Origin: a virus
DNA length: 64,000 bases
Virus record (IMG/VR): IMGVR_UViG_3300027770_003399
Span: 58,121-122,120 of that record
Strand: one strand, 5' to 3'
The first letter of the stretch is position 1. Every line of letters begins with the position of its first letter. Positions 37,978 to 48,739 of this stretch are shown here, in pieces. The translations under genes were made by a program, and so were the position numbers. A model generated the notes under the pieces. It did not search any database and had not been told where the DNA came from. It was given only the letters and a program-made list of their open reading frames with translations.

Positions 37978-39229
37978 AAATACAATCTTTATACAAATAG
38001 CTTCGTATAGAGACCCTCAATTGCTTCTAACTCTTAAAGACTGTATCAAAAATGCTAAATATCCAGAAAATTTACGATTTGGAATAGCATGGCAGCATGA
38101 CTCAAAAGATAAATGGGATAATCTTGGAGAGTACGCTAAGGATAAGAGATTTAAAATACTAGACATAGATAACAAGAAAAGCAAAGGTGTTTGTTGGGCA
38201 AGAAATCAAGTTCAACAACTTTACAATAACGAAAAATATACGATGCAGTTGGATTCCCACCATAGATTTAAGAAGAATTGGGATGATACTCTAATAAAAA
38301 TGTTGATAGGATTGCAAGATGAAGGTCATGAAAAACCACTGTTGACCAGTTATTTACCCAGCTTTGATCCCGACAACGATCCTGCTTCGAGAATAAATGT
38401 TCCATGGAAAATGAATTTTGATAGATTCATACCAGAAGGAGCAGTTTTCTTTATTCCTGCATCATTTGATGAATGGGATAATAAAAAGTCTCCTCTTCCA
38501 GCTAGATTCTACAGCGCTCATTTTGCTTTTACTTTAGGAATATTCTGTAAAGAGGTTCAGCATGACCCAAACTACTATTTTCATGGTGAAGAAATTAGCG
38601 TTGCAGTAAGAGCATTTACTCATGGGTATGATCTCTTTCATCCTCATAAAGTAATATGCTGGCATGAATATACCAGAAAAGGAAGAGCAAAACATTGGGA
38701 CGACGATACAGAGTGGGGCGACAGAAACAATGAATCTCATGCTAGAAATAGAAAATTATTTCAGGTAGATGGACAGAGCAAAGATATAGACTTTGGGATT
38801 TATGATTTTGGAACAACTAGAACATTAAGAGATTATGAGAAATATTCTGGTCTTTCTTTCCGTAATAGATCAATACAAAAAAGAGTTATAGATAATAAGC
38901 CTCCTCCTGATCCAGAAACGAGCTATCTTAAAGACAAAGAATTCGATGCCTCTTTGCTCTCTATTTTTAAACACTGCATAGACATACAATATGGTCAGGT
39001 TCCAGAAGATGACTATGAATTTTGGGCTGTGGCTTTTAAGAATAAAGAAGGGGTAGAAATTTATAGAAAAGATGTTGATAAAAATGAAATACCCGGAATG
39101 AAAAATGATCCAGACGGTTATTGTAAAGTCTGGCGAGAATTTCAAACAGAGTCAAAGCCTGCAAGCTGGTTAGTCTGGCCCTATAGTAGATCAAAGGGTT
39201 GGGCAGATCAAATTATAGGTTACCTGTGA
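37952..39229 (+). CDS. Skp1-hydroxyproline GlcNAc-transferase-like (GT60-like) protein
   Basis: IFIQIASYRD, GVCWAR, QLDSHHRF..WD, FHGEE, H.Y.R. Confidence 0.8.
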   Translation: MLAKEKKTENTIFIQIASYRDPQLLLTLKDCIKNAKYPENLRFGIAWQHDSKDKWDNLGEYAKDKRFKILDIDNKKSKGVCWARNQVQQLYNNEKYTMQLDSHHRFKKNWDDTLIKMLIGLQDEGHEKPLLTSYLPSFDPDNDPASRINVPWKMNFDRFIPEGAVFFIPASFDEWDNKKSPLPARFYSAHFAFTLGIFCKEVQHDPNYYFHGEEISVAVRAFTHGYDLFHPHKVICWHEYTRKGRAKHWDDDTEWGDRNNESHARNRKLFQVDGQSKDIDFGIYDFGTTRTLRDYEKYSGLSFRNRSIQKRVIDNKPPPDPETSYLKDKEFDASLLSIFKHCIDIQYGQVPEDDYEFWAVAFKNKEGVEIYRKDVDKNEIPGMKNDPDGYCKVWREFQTESKPASWLVWPYSRSKGWADQIIGYL

Positions 39230-39262
39230 TTATTTTTATAAAACACAATATTGGAGTAAAAT

Positions 39263-39928
39263 ATTAACATATTCACAGATAAGATATATGTCTGTCATTA
39301 TAAGAAGTTGACAGATAGGAAGATAATTATATTAGACCAATTACAAAAATTGGGATTAGACAATTATATATTTGTTGAGCAATTTGACAAAGACTCATGG
39401 AATACAGAAGAAATAACCAAAGAGTTTCCTAAAATCCTCCATCCTGACAATAAAATAAATAATGCAGAAAGGTCTTTAGCTTTGAAACATGCTTGGATCG
39501 TAACGGATATGCACAAGCAAGGCTATTCATCTGTGTTGGTTTTGGAGGATGATGCGGTGTTGGTCGATGACTTTGTCGAGAAATACAACTCCTACATGAA
39601 GCAGATGCCTGTAGATTGGGATATTGGATGGGTTGGAAGTTGTTTCGGTCTAAAAGAACCAGAGATTTTAAATATTAATGTATACAAAACAAATAGAGGA
39701 TCTCGATGTGCTCATGCTTATTGTATAAGTAAATCATTTTCTATAAAGATGATAGATGAAATAAAAAATATCGACAGGCAAGCAGATTTTTATTATAACT
39801 ATATTATCGATAAGTTTAATCTTAATAATTATTGGTTTCAGCCTCCACTAGCACTACAAAGTTTAGAATTTTTTTCATCGCTACGAGGAAACCAAAATCT
39901 AAAATGGGATCCACTTTTAATGGCATAA
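39263..39928 (+). CDS. Glycosyltransferase family 25-like, probable ATT start
   Basis: DKIYVCHY..L.DR, SLALKH, LVLEDDA, RCAHAY. Confidence 0.72.
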   Translation: MNIFTDKIYVCHYKKLTDRKIIILDQLQKLGLDNYIFVEQFDKDSWNTEEITKEFPKILHPDNKINNAERSLALKHAWIVTDMHKQGYSSVLVLEDDAVLVDDFVEKYNSYMKQMPVDWDIGWVGSCFGLKEPEILNINVYKTNRGSRCAHAYCISKSFSIKMIDEIKNIDRQADFYYNYIIDKFNLNNYWFQPPLALQSLEFFSSLRGNQNLKWDPLLMA

Positions 39929-40032
39929 TATTATATGAGTATCAACTATAATAGAGAATTTAATTTACTGTATCCTCATCGTCAGTTCGTAACTAAGATA
40001 TATGGCAATACTATTTTCATGAAAGACACAAT

Positions 40033-40884
40033 ATGAATATATCATTTTCTGATTTTTGGGAAGGGGTTGATCCAAATAATAATTTTTTCTCTGATCTTCT
40101 AAAAAGCATGTATCCTGATTGTCAAGTAATTCCATTCTCAAATGATCATACCGATGTTCTTATTTATTCTTGCTTTGGCTCGGAGCACCATTCTACTGAT
40201 AAAAGTAAGGTGAAGAAGATTTTTTATACTGGCGAGAACAAGCGTCCAAATTATGATGAATGTGATTATAGTCTGACGTTTGACTTTGATGATTATGAAG
40301 GAAGAAATATTCGTCTCCCTCTGTGGATGCTTCAGATAGATTGGTTTAAAAAAGAGAACTACGGAAATCCAAGATTTGTCATCCCCCCTGCTGAGTTGAG
40401 ACATAGTCGATTCTCGAAGCGTCCCAAGACAAAGTTCTGCTGCATAGTTTTTAATAATCCTATTCCAAATAGAGCCGAAGTACTGCAAAAATTATCAAAA
40501 TATAAGAATATCGATTGCTATGGTACTGCATTTGCAAACCATTTTTGGGGAGAGGATGTTAAATATGATATCATATCTAACTATAAGTTTAATATCTGCT
40601 TCGAGAATGGAATACATTCTGGTTACTATACAGAGAAAATTATTCATGCAAAGGTGGCAGGATGCCTTCCTCTATATTGGGCAGATGAAAACTGTAAACA
40701 GGATTTCAATACGGATTCGTTTTTAAACCTTTATGACTTCCCAAATATGGACGAATATGTCGAAAAGATTATTCAATTGGATACAAATGAAGAACAATAT
40801 GATAGAATCGCTTCTCAATATCTGTTTGAAGGGAAAGAACCATCATTAGATTCAATCAAAAAACAATTACGTGAGATACTATGA
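40033..40884 (+). CDS. GT10 (fucosyltransferase-like) protein
   Basis: FYTGEN.RP, YKFNICFEN...GYYTEKI. Confidence 0.85.
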   Translation: MNISFSDFWEGVDPNNNFFSDLLKSMYPDCQVIPFSNDHTDVLIYSCFGSEHHSTDKSKVKKIFYTGENKRPNYDECDYSLTFDFDDYEGRNIRLPLWMLQIDWFKKENYGNPRFVIPPAELRHSRFSKRPKTKFCCIVFNNPIPNRAEVLQKLSKYKNIDCYGTAFANHFWGEDVKYDIISNYKFNICFENGIHSGYYTEKIIHAKVAGCLPLYWADENCKQDFNTDSFLNLYDFPNMDEYVEKIIQLDTNEEQYDRIASQYLFEGKEPSLDSIKKQLREIL

Positions 40885-41963
40885 AATATGTGCTGATTAC
40901 TGGTTCCTCTGGTCTTATTGGGAGTCAATCAGTTGATTTTTTCCACCGATTGGGATATGGAATCATAGGTATTGATAATAATATGCGGCAATATTTTTTC
41001 GGAAGTAGTGCATCTACCCAACCCTCTAGGGATGCTCTAATAGCAAATTTTGAAAACTATATTCATTTTAATTACGATATTCGAGACATCGGGTTGATGG
41101 AAACTATATTTGAAAAATATGGAATATCCATTGATCTCATTATTCATACAGCATCACAGCCTTCTCACGATTGGGCAGCAAAAGAACCCATTACAGATTT
41201 TACTATTAATGCTCTTGGTACGCTTAATCTACTTGAGCTTACTCGTAAATATTGCTATGATGCGACGTTTATATTTACATCAACGAATAAGGTATATGGA
41301 GACACCCCAAACTACTTGAATATTGTTGAGCAAGAAAAACGATATGAATGCTTTGGAGAAGGAAACAGTCTATATTCTATTCCCGAAACCATGTCTATTG
41401 ACCAAACAAAACACTCTATATTTGGTGCGTCCAAGGTTTCTGCTGATGTGATGTGTCAGGAATATGGAAAGTATTTTGGATTGAAGACTGGGATTTTTCG
41501 TGGTGGCTGTTTGACTGGTCCAAATCACGCAGGCACAGAACTACACGGATTCCTTTCTTATCTAGTTAAGTGTATGGTTGAAAATAAACCCTATACTATA
41601 TTTGGCTATAAGGGAAAGCAAGTAAGAGACAATATTCATAGTTATGATCTAGTGAATATGTTTTGGCATTTCCATCAAAATCCGCAATGTGGAGAGGTGT
41701 ATAATGTTGGTGGCGGAAGAAACAATTCGTGCTCTATACTAGAAGCTATAGATGCGATAAATGAGAAGACCGGATTTGATTGGAAAAACTACAGCGTATC
41801 CAACAGTAATCGTATTGGGGATCATATTTGGTATATTACCGATTTTTCAAAATTCAAGACCCATTATCCTAATTGGAATATTACTAAAACTTTAGATAAT
41901 ACTCTCGATGAGATGATCAGTTCTGAAGTCAAAAAAGAAAGACCTCATAAGGATATAAAATGA
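40881..41963 (+). CDS. NDP-sugar epimerase (CDP-paratose 2-epimerase-like)
   Basis: ITGSSGLIG, HTASQPSHD, STNKVYG, FGASK, GKQVRD. Confidence 0.85.
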   Translation: MKYVLITGSSGLIGSQSVDFFHRLGYGIIGIDNNMRQYFFGSSASTQPSRDALIANFENYIHFNYDIRDIGLMETIFEKYGISIDLIIHTASQPSHDWAAKEPITDFTINALGTLNLLELTRKYCYDATFIFTSTNKVYGDTPNYLNIVEQEKRYECFGEGNSLYSIPETMSIDQTKHSIFGASKVSADVMCQEYGKYFGLKTGIFRGGCLTGPNHAGTELHGFLSYLVKCMVENKPYTIFGYKGKQVRDNIHSYDLVNMFWHFHQNPQCGEVYNVGGGRNNSCSILEAIDAINEKTGFDWKNYSVSNSNRIGDHIWYITDFSKFKTHYPNWNITKTLDNTLDEMISSEVKKERPHKDIK

Positions 41964-43048
41964 AAATAGCTTTTTGTAAGTTTGCTGGAATGGGAAATGG
42001 TGGTATTGAAAAATATCTACAGAGTATCTGTATGCTTTATAAGAAAAGTGGACACGATTTAGACTTCTATTATACAAATGCTGCAAAGATACTAAACACC
42101 TCTTGGATACACCCTGACAACGACCCGGATCGCATCTTATTGCTGGAAAAGCAGCAAATAGACTTGATTAAAGTTTCGGTGGGATTAAGAGGAGAGTCTT
42201 TCTCTAACATGGCCACTCAGTGGATAGATACTGATTTTTTTAATTTATTTAGGGAAGAAAATTATGAATATCTTGTTACTGCTGGAGATGGTCGCGAAGA
42301 ATTTCCATATAATAGTCTTAATGATATAAAAATTATTCATACGGTACATGGATTTCATGCTTATAATAAATCAAACATTGTTAAGTCTGTTTTATTGTGT
42401 AAATGGCAAGCTAATAAATGGATTGCAAATGGCGGAGATCATAGTCGTATGGTTATAATTCCTCCGTTGGTTCCAGTTCCAGAAACATGGACTAATACTT
42501 TCAGACAAAAGTATGGAATCCCTGCAGATGCCTTTGTGTATGGCTTACACCAGAGCAATGGTGTGGGATCATTAGTATCATTACAAGCATTTACTTCTTT
42601 GAATGACAACAATTGTTATTTTGCTTTACTTGGCGGTAGCGATATACATAGACGATATTGCCAAGACAACAATATCAGAAATGTAATTTTCTTAGATGCG
42701 ACTTCTTCATCGAATGAGATTCACGACTTTTTGGATGGTCTTGATGTTTACGCACACTGTCGTGTAGACGGAGAGGTGGCCTCAGCTTGTATCATAGAAG
42801 CTATGTTTCATAGTAAGCCGATTATTTCATTCATTGGAGACGGAACAAATCTTGGTCATCTTGAGCAAGTAGAAAATTGTGGAAAAATGACCTACTCGGT
42901 ATCAGAGTACTCTGAAGAAATGATTAGATTACAAGACAAGAATTACTACAAAGAAATGTCAATTCTTGTTAAGAACAAATATAAGAGTGTTTATGATTAT
43001 AAATTAGTTGAAGGCGAACTATTAAATTTAATAAATAATACATATTAA
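41960..43048 (+). CDS. GT-B (GT4-like) glycosyltransferase
   Basis: GGIEK; D.YAH.R.DGE....IIEAM...KPII. Confidence 0.75.
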   Translation: MKIAFCKFAGMGNGGIEKYLQSICMLYKKSGHDLDFYYTNAAKILNTSWIHPDNDPDRILLLEKQQIDLIKVSVGLRGESFSNMATQWIDTDFFNLFREENYEYLVTAGDGREEFPYNSLNDIKIIHTVHGFHAYNKSNIVKSVLLCKWQANKWIANGGDHSRMVIIPPLVPVPETWTNTFRQKYGIPADAFVYGLHQSNGVGSLVSLQAFTSLNDNNCYFALLGGSDIHRRYCQDNNIRNVIFLDATSSSNEIHDFLDGLDVYAHCRVDGEVASACIIEAMFHSKPIISFIGDGTNLGHLEQVENCGKMTYSVSEYSEEMIRLQDKNYYKEMSILVKNKYKSVYDYKLVEGELLNLINNTY

Positions 43049-43049
43049 T

Positions 43050-43766
43050 ATGATGAAATACTGTTTTGATTTAGATGAGACAATCTGTGCTACTCCATCG
43101 TCTAGGAATTATAATGATGCTATCCCTTATAATAGAGTTATACAAAAAATTAATGAGCTGCATGATCAAGGAAATGAAATTACTATATTTACGGCTAGAG
43201 GATCGACTTCTGGAATAGATTATAGGTCATTGATAATAAAACAGTTATCCGATTGGGGGGTGAAATTTCATAAACTAATAGACAAAGGAAAGCCAAGTTA
43301 TGATCTTTTTGTTGATGACAAAGCTATAGGTGCGTCTGCATGGAGAGAAAGGGAAGGCATAAGAATTATAGGATTTGTTGCTAGTTGTTTTGATATGCTT
43401 CATGCAGGACATTGTTTGTATCTACAAGAAGCAAGAAGTGTTTGCGACTATTTGATAGCTGCGCTTCAAGAAGATCCAAATATAGACCGTCCACATAAAA
43501 ATAAACCAATTCAGTCTTTAAAAGAAAGAGAGATACAATTGCGATCCAATCGTTATGTGGATGAAATAATAATATACAAGACAGAGAAGGATTTAGAAGA
43601 AGTTTTGCAAAAGATAAAACCAGATATAAGAATCGTAGGTTCTGATGCAAAAGGCTCTAGTATAACAGGGGAAGAATATTGTAAAAATATATACTATCAT
43701 AATAGAGGGCATAGTTTTTCCTCTACAGAATTGAAAAATAGAATAATAGAAAATCATAGACAATAA
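43050..43766 (+). CDS. HAD phosphatase - cytidylyltransferase-family fusion
   Basis: FDLDETIC...GKP..D.FVDDKA followed by FDMLHAGH (HxGH). Confidence 0.85.
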   Translation: MMKYCFDLDETICATPSSRNYNDAIPYNRVIQKINELHDQGNEITIFTARGSTSGIDYRSLIIKQLSDWGVKFHKLIDKGKPSYDLFVDDKAIGASAWREREGIRIIGFVASCFDMLHAGHCLYLQEARSVCDYLIAALQEDPNIDRPHKNKPIQSLKEREIQLRSNRYVDEIIIYKTEKDLEEVLQKIKPDIRIVGSDAKGSSITGEEYCKNIYYHNRGHSFSSTELKNRIIENHRQ

Positions 43767-43792
43767 TTTAATCAAAATAAGCAGGAAATATT

Positions 43793-44476
43793 GTGAGTAT
43801 AGAAACATTAATTAATACAATCGAATCAGCAGTTCGATCTAGTCCAAAAATAATCAATGATTATGAGGATAAGTATCATTTTAATTATTGGGCAGAAGTA
43901 GTGCCAAATATTAAAGAGGATGGATTATGGATGGAATTTGGTGTTTTTCGGGGCAGAAGCATTCAGAGAATTTCTTCTCTAACTAAAAATACAGTATGGG
44001 GATTTGATAGTTTTGAAGGACTGCATGAACATTGGGACAAGGATAATCCAAAGGGTGTCTATAATTCTAGTGGAAAAATTCCCGAAGGAGCTATAATTGG
44101 AGATAATCACTGCATGTTCGACAGCTCTGCAACAAAAAACACAGAACCCTGGAATTCAAATGTTAGACTAATTAAGGGATATTTTGAAGACAGTCTTCCT
44201 GATTTCTTAAAAGAATACAAAGAAAATGCAGCTTTTATTCATATTGATAGTGATCTTTATAGCTCTTGCGTTACTATCTTTAAACAGTTGAAGTCTCGAA
44301 TCGTTCAGGGAACTATTATTTGTTTTGACGAACTCTTAGACTTTCCAACATACAAAGAGTGCGAAATAAAAGCTTTTGCAGAATTCTTAATTGATACTGG
44401 TTGGAACTTTGAACCCTTGATATATCATGGAGCAGGAGCATCATATACACAAGGTTGTATTAGGATTGTTAAATAA
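43793..44476 (+). CDS. TylF/MycF-like O-methyltransferase
   Basis: EFGVFRG, GFDSFEGL, IHIDSDLYSS, FDE. Confidence 0.8.
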   Translation: MSIETLINTIESAVRSSPKIINDYEDKYHFNYWAEVVPNIKEDGLWMEFGVFRGRSIQRISSLTKNTVWGFDSFEGLHEHWDKDNPKGVYNSSGKIPEGAIIGDNHCMFDSSATKNTEPWNSNVRLIKGYFEDSLPDFLKEYKENAAFIHIDSDLYSSCVTIFKQLKSRIVQGTIICFDELLDFPTYKECEIKAFAEFLIDTGWNFEPLIYHGAGASYTQGCIRIVK

Positions 44477-44504
44477 TATATAGGAGATTAGATGAGGAGA
44501 CTAT

Positions 44505-45149
44505 TTGATTATGGAATATAGTGAACTACATAAAAAATATTTGAATTTCCGTGATGGTATTTTTGTAGAAGCAGGAGCAAACAATGGCATCGACCAATCA
44601 AATACCTTTTCCCTAGAACGAGATCAAGGATGGAGAGGATTGTTGGTCGAGCCAAACCCGTTCGTATATGGGCAGTGTGTTTTAAATAGACTCAACTCCA
44701 TCTGTGAAAACTATGCATTGGTGTCTAGCTCGTACTCTTCAAATACAATCAATGGAGACTTCGCTCACCGCGACAACTACCAAAGTTTGATGGGGACCGT
44801 AGAAGATCCGGGGGATTATTGCGATGAGTTTCTTTTGGAGGCGAAGAATTCGCGCAAGAATGACTATGGATACATAGCCGTCCCTGCAACGACTCTCAAC
44901 TCCCTGTTGAACAAGCATAATATCACTAAGATTAATTTCCTTAGCCTTGATGTCGAGGGTTATGAGATTTCAGTTCTGAATGGACTAGATCTCAACGTAT
45001 ATCGTCCGACGTACTGCCTTCTTGAGACATCTTTTAACTTCGCTAATGGTCGTCGGTTGGTGGCAGTATCCGACCATATGATACGAAACGGCTATGAAGC
45101 GTTGGAGAATTTTGGCGCCAGTGATACTCTCTATCGGAGTCTTATATGA
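44505..45149 (+). CDS. FkbM family methyltransferase
   Basis: FVEAGANNG..QSNT, LLVEP, LSLDVEGYE. Confidence 0.88.
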   Translation: MIMEYSELHKKYLNFRDGIFVEAGANNGIDQSNTFSLERDQGWRGLLVEPNPFVYGQCVLNRLNSICENYALVSSSYSSNTINGDFAHRDNYQSLMGTVEDPGDYCDEFLLEAKNSRKNDYGYIAVPATTLNSLLNKHNITKINFLSLDVEGYEISVLNGLDLNVYRPTYCLLETSFNFANGRRLVAVSDHMIRNGYEALENFGASDTLYRSLI

Positions 45150-46042
45150 GAAAGAACATACTTCTGCTTGGTGGGAATGGATATATTGGAAGTAGAGTTT
45201 ACGACCATCTATATGGCCTGAACTACAATGTAACGAATGTAGATCTTTGTTGGTTTGGAAAGATTTTTGATAATACTATCCAACAAAACTATAACGAGCT
45301 GTCCAAAGAATTCATCAATGGGTTTACTCATGTAATCTTATTGGCCGCTCACTCTTCGGTTAATATGTGTAAGGGGTCTTTACTCCCATGCTTTGAAAAC
45401 AATGTCCTGAACTTCATTAAACTGATTGAGAAACTAAATGACGATCAGGTGTTGATATATAGCAGCACAGCAGCAGTATATGGAAACAATAAGAATCTAG
45501 TGGATGAGTCGTATCCAATTGCGGGTGGCATCTCCTATTACGATTACACCAAAATCTGCAACGAAAATATCATCAGTCTATACCCCAACAAGAAGATCCT
45601 TGGTCTTCGGTTCGGCTCTATCGGTGGATTCTCTAAGAACTTCAGAGGGGAGAATCTGTTAAACTCAATTTCTATGTCCTCCCTAAAGTCGAACGAGATT
45701 ACAATCACCAATCCAGAAAACTACAGATCAGTTCTTGGTATGAGTGACTTGTGTAGAGTATTCTCTACCATTTTGGCAGAAGATACTATTAAAAACAAGA
45801 TATATAACATCACTTCTATAAATGCGAAGATTATCGAGTTTGCACAGGATATTCAACGACGGACCAACTGCAAACTGATTGTGAGTGACAAGTTCCCGAC
45901 TAACTATAGTTTCAATTGTGACAACTCCCTATTCCAAAATGACTATGGATTCAAGTTCCAAGACAATGTAGCAAGTATCTATGATGAAATAATAACTAAT
46001 CGTGATTTCATAATAAGCAATGTTCTACGAGAAAACGTATAA
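45146..46042 (+). CDS. NAD-dependent epimerase/dehydratase
   Basis: GGNGYIG, SSTAAVYG, YDYTK, LRFG. Confidence 0.85.
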   Translation: MRKNILLLGGNGYIGSRVYDHLYGLNYNVTNVDLCWFGKIFDNTIQQNYNELSKEFINGFTHVILLAAHSSVNMCKGSLLPCFENNVLNFIKLIEKLNDDQVLIYSSTAAVYGNNKNLVDESYPIAGGISYYDYTKICNENIISLYPNKKILGLRFGSIGGFSKNFRGENLLNSISMSSLKSNEITITNPENYRSVLGMSDLCRVFSTILAEDTIKNKIYNITSINAKIIEFAQDIQRRTNCKLIVSDKFPTNYSFNCDNSLFQNDYGFKFQDNVASIYDEIITNRDFIISNVLRENV

Positions 46043-47267
46043 TATGTATAAGAACGAATGCAGGTGTTGTGGTAATGATAGACTAAAACATATTGTTGCT
46101 TTGGGAGTATCTCCTTTAGCGAACAACCTACTGAATCATGTGGATGACGACGATAATTTATATCCATTGGATGTAGCGTATTGCTGTAAGTGTAACTATG
46201 CTCAACTCACATATGTAGTTCCCCCACAAATGTTGTTCGATAACTATTTGTATGTGTCCTCCACCGCAAAAACCTTTCGAGATCATTTTAGAACAGCAGC
46301 AGCAGATTATGTCGTAGAATTTGGATTAGATGTTGACTCTGTTGTAGTGGATATCGGCAGCAACGATGGTGTCGCACTCCTTCCTTTCAAGGAAGAAGGC
46401 ATAAGGGTGTGTGGCGTAGACCCCGCTGCAAACCTCTCCAAACTCGCTAATGAGAATGGCATAGAGACGATCAATGCGTATTTTGATGCTGAAACCACTG
46501 ATAAGATTGTGGGGAAGTTCGGTAAGGTCGATCTCGTCACAGCATCCAATATGTTTGCCCACTCTGATGGTATCAAAGACATCACGACGAATGTCTTTCG
46601 TCTGCTCAAAGATGATGGCTGCTTCGTAGTAGAAGTCCAATATCTATTGGACACTATCAAGGATCTGACCTTCGACAATATCTATCACGAACACCTTAGC
46701 TATTGGTCTGTCACATCTCTCAACAACTTCTTTGGCAATTTTGGGTTTTTCGTTGTGAAAGTGAAGCACATCAATACGCACGGAGGCTCCATTCGTGTGT
46801 ATGTCAAACGCCACGCCACCAAGGTAGACTCAAGCGTTCAACATTTCCTGAATACCGAACGAGACTTCGGCCTAAATAACGAAAAGATATATGACTCTTT
46901 CTTTGAACAGATCAAGAAGATCAAAGTGAATGTCAATAAAAATCTTCGTGCCTTGAAGCAAGAAGGCTTGAAACTTGTTGGATATGGCTCTCCGGCAAAG
47001 GCGACAACTGCTCTAAACTACTTCAACATTGGTACAAAATACATCGACTATATCGTCGAAGACAACAAACTAAAACACAATAAGATCCTACCTGGTGTGA
47101 AGATCCCCATCTACTCAAAGGATAGGCTGAAAGAAGACAAGCCCGATGTCGTCATAATTATGGCTTGGAACTTCTCAGAAGAGATCAAGAGAAACAATAG
47201 GGAATTAATTGATTTGGGAATCCGATTCATCAGCATCAAAGACCTGCAAAGTGAAACATTTATATGA
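46020..47267 (+). CDS. NDP-hexose C-methyltransferase
   Basis: CRCC zinc site, DIGSNDG, FDNIYHEH, HGGSIR, GYGSPAK, AWNF. Confidence 0.9.
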   Translation: MFYEKTYNMYKNECRCCGNDRLKHIVALGVSPLANNLLNHVDDDDNLYPLDVAYCCKCNYAQLTYVVPPQMLFDNYLYVSSTAKTFRDHFRTAAADYVVEFGLDVDSVVVDIGSNDGVALLPFKEEGIRVCGVDPAANLSKLANENGIETINAYFDAETTDKIVGKFGKVDLVTASNMFAHSDGIKDITTNVFRLLKDDGCFVVEVQYLLDTIKDLTFDNIYHEHLSYWSVTSLNNFFGNFGFFVVKVKHINTHGGSIRVYVKRHATKVDSSVQHFLNTERDFGLNNEKIYDSFFEQIKKIKVNVNKNLRALKQEGLKLVGYGSPAKATTALNYFNIGTKYIDYIVEDNKLKHNKILPGVKIPIYSKDRLKEDKPDVVIIMAWNFSEEIKRNNRELIDLGIRFISIKDLQSETFI

Positions 47268-47953
47268 AAATACTTTGGCACTACAACTCACACAGACACA
47301 TAGAAGAGTATCATTTGTCTAGTTGTTTCTTTAATAGATCTGACTTCCTGAAGAAACATTCAGATGTATTAGCGTGCTGTAACAAACAGAGTATTGATCT
47401 AGACGAACTCAGATCGAAATGTACATACGAATGCGGGAGCTGTGAAGTAGTTCGTAGTACAAATCCAAGTAATGGGGTCCACACAGGGCAGCTCGTTGCT
47501 CTCAATGAAACTTTTCATAAGTTCGACAAGTATGACTTTGTTATTCATAGCACACCTGATGTCTATGTGGTCGATGATAAGCCCTTGATTGCTTTGCTAG
47601 AAGAAGAGCTAGACACAGACAATCATATAATTGTTGATCATCATCCATACCATCCCGGTTGTAACTATCTGTATAGTACAGACTTCTTTGTCTTTAAGCC
47701 ACGAAAGATCACTAATTTCTTCGGAGATGAGTTTGGCCCAACAGAGCATTGTATCGAGAGCCATCTTTATAAAAAGATACATGAGTTGAATATTCCACAC
47801 AGAGTAATATGTAGGGGGCTAACTAGTCTGTATTGGCAGGTTGATGAGTATGGCATGATTCACAATCACAATAAAGATATCATTCGAAATATCTTAAACA
47901 ACAATGTCCGTCCTGATCGGGCAACTGCTAGTTCGCACATGAGCTCACATTAG
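47264..47953 (+). CDS. Hypothetical protein (glycan locus)
   Basis: ATGA-coupled ORF. Confidence 0.55.
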   Translation: MKILWHYNSHRHIEEYHLSSCFFNRSDFLKKHSDVLACCNKQSIDLDELRSKCTYECGSCEVVRSTNPSNGVHTGQLVALNETFHKFDKYDFVIHSTPDVYVVDDKPLIALLEEELDTDNHIIVDHHPYHPGCNYLYSTDFFVFKPRKITNFFGDEFGPTEHCIESHLYKKIHELNIPHRVICRGLTSLYWQVDEYGMIHNHNKDIIRNILNNNVRPDRATASSHMSSH

Positions 47954-47954
47954 C

Positions 47955-48707
47955 ATGAAAAAAAACCTACTATACCATTGCTACATTAAAGACACAGATA
48001 ATATCAATGAAACGATGATATTCAATCTCAAATGTCTTGAAACATATATTGATGTCTTCGACGGTAAGAAGATTGTTTATGTAGCAGTCGATAGTGTCGG
48101 AAGATATTCCAATGAAAAGATTGTGGAAGCACTCCCTATTCTAAAAAGATTCGATGAGATTCACCTCTTCAAGAATCATGCGATACACAGAGAATCAGAG
48201 TCGTTGATTAGACTATTGAGCCATGTGAAAGACTCGACAGATTCTATATCCTTCTATGGACATAGCAAGGGAAGCACACATCCAATAGATAATACTTTGA
48301 GAAATTGGATTTTGTGTATGTATTATTTTAATCTTGATGGAGATTATTTAAAAGAAGCCGAGCAGCAATTGAGTACAAATTACACTACTAGCGGCATTCT
48401 TAAAAAGGATTGCAAGACGGATGGAATTATAGGAGATTGGCATTATAGCGGAGCTTTTTTCTGGATAAATGATGAGAAGTTTTTCAAAAATGAATGGAGC
48501 AGCATGGGTTTGCTTAACGCTATGGCTCTTGAGTCATACCTTGGCCAAAAAATAAAATCATCCCAAGCCTTTAGTACCTTTGTTACAGAGTCATTTAATT
48601 TTCACATGGATGATGATCTATGGAAGAGGAAGGTAAACTTCGAAACAATCGGAGAAAAGTCATATGAGCGTTACACCACAATCCTACACAATCTTACCGA
48701 CCGATAG
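47955..48707 (+). CDS. Putative glycosyltransferase-like protein
   Basis: FYGHSKG and HYSGAFFW motifs. Confidence 0.5.
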   Translation: MKKNLLYHCYIKDTDNINETMIFNLKCLETYIDVFDGKKIVYVAVDSVGRYSNEKIVEALPILKRFDEIHLFKNHAIHRESESLIRLLSHVKDSTDSISFYGHSKGSTHPIDNTLRNWILCMYYFNLDGDYLKEAEQQLSTNYTTSGILKKDCKTDGIIGDWHYSGAFFWINDEKFFKNEWSSMGLLNAMALESYLGQKIKSSQAFSTFVTESFNFHMDDDLWKRKVNFETIGEKSYERYTTILHNLTDR

Positions 48708-48739
48708 GTTCCACTTTAATCGAAAGCATATAACATATT

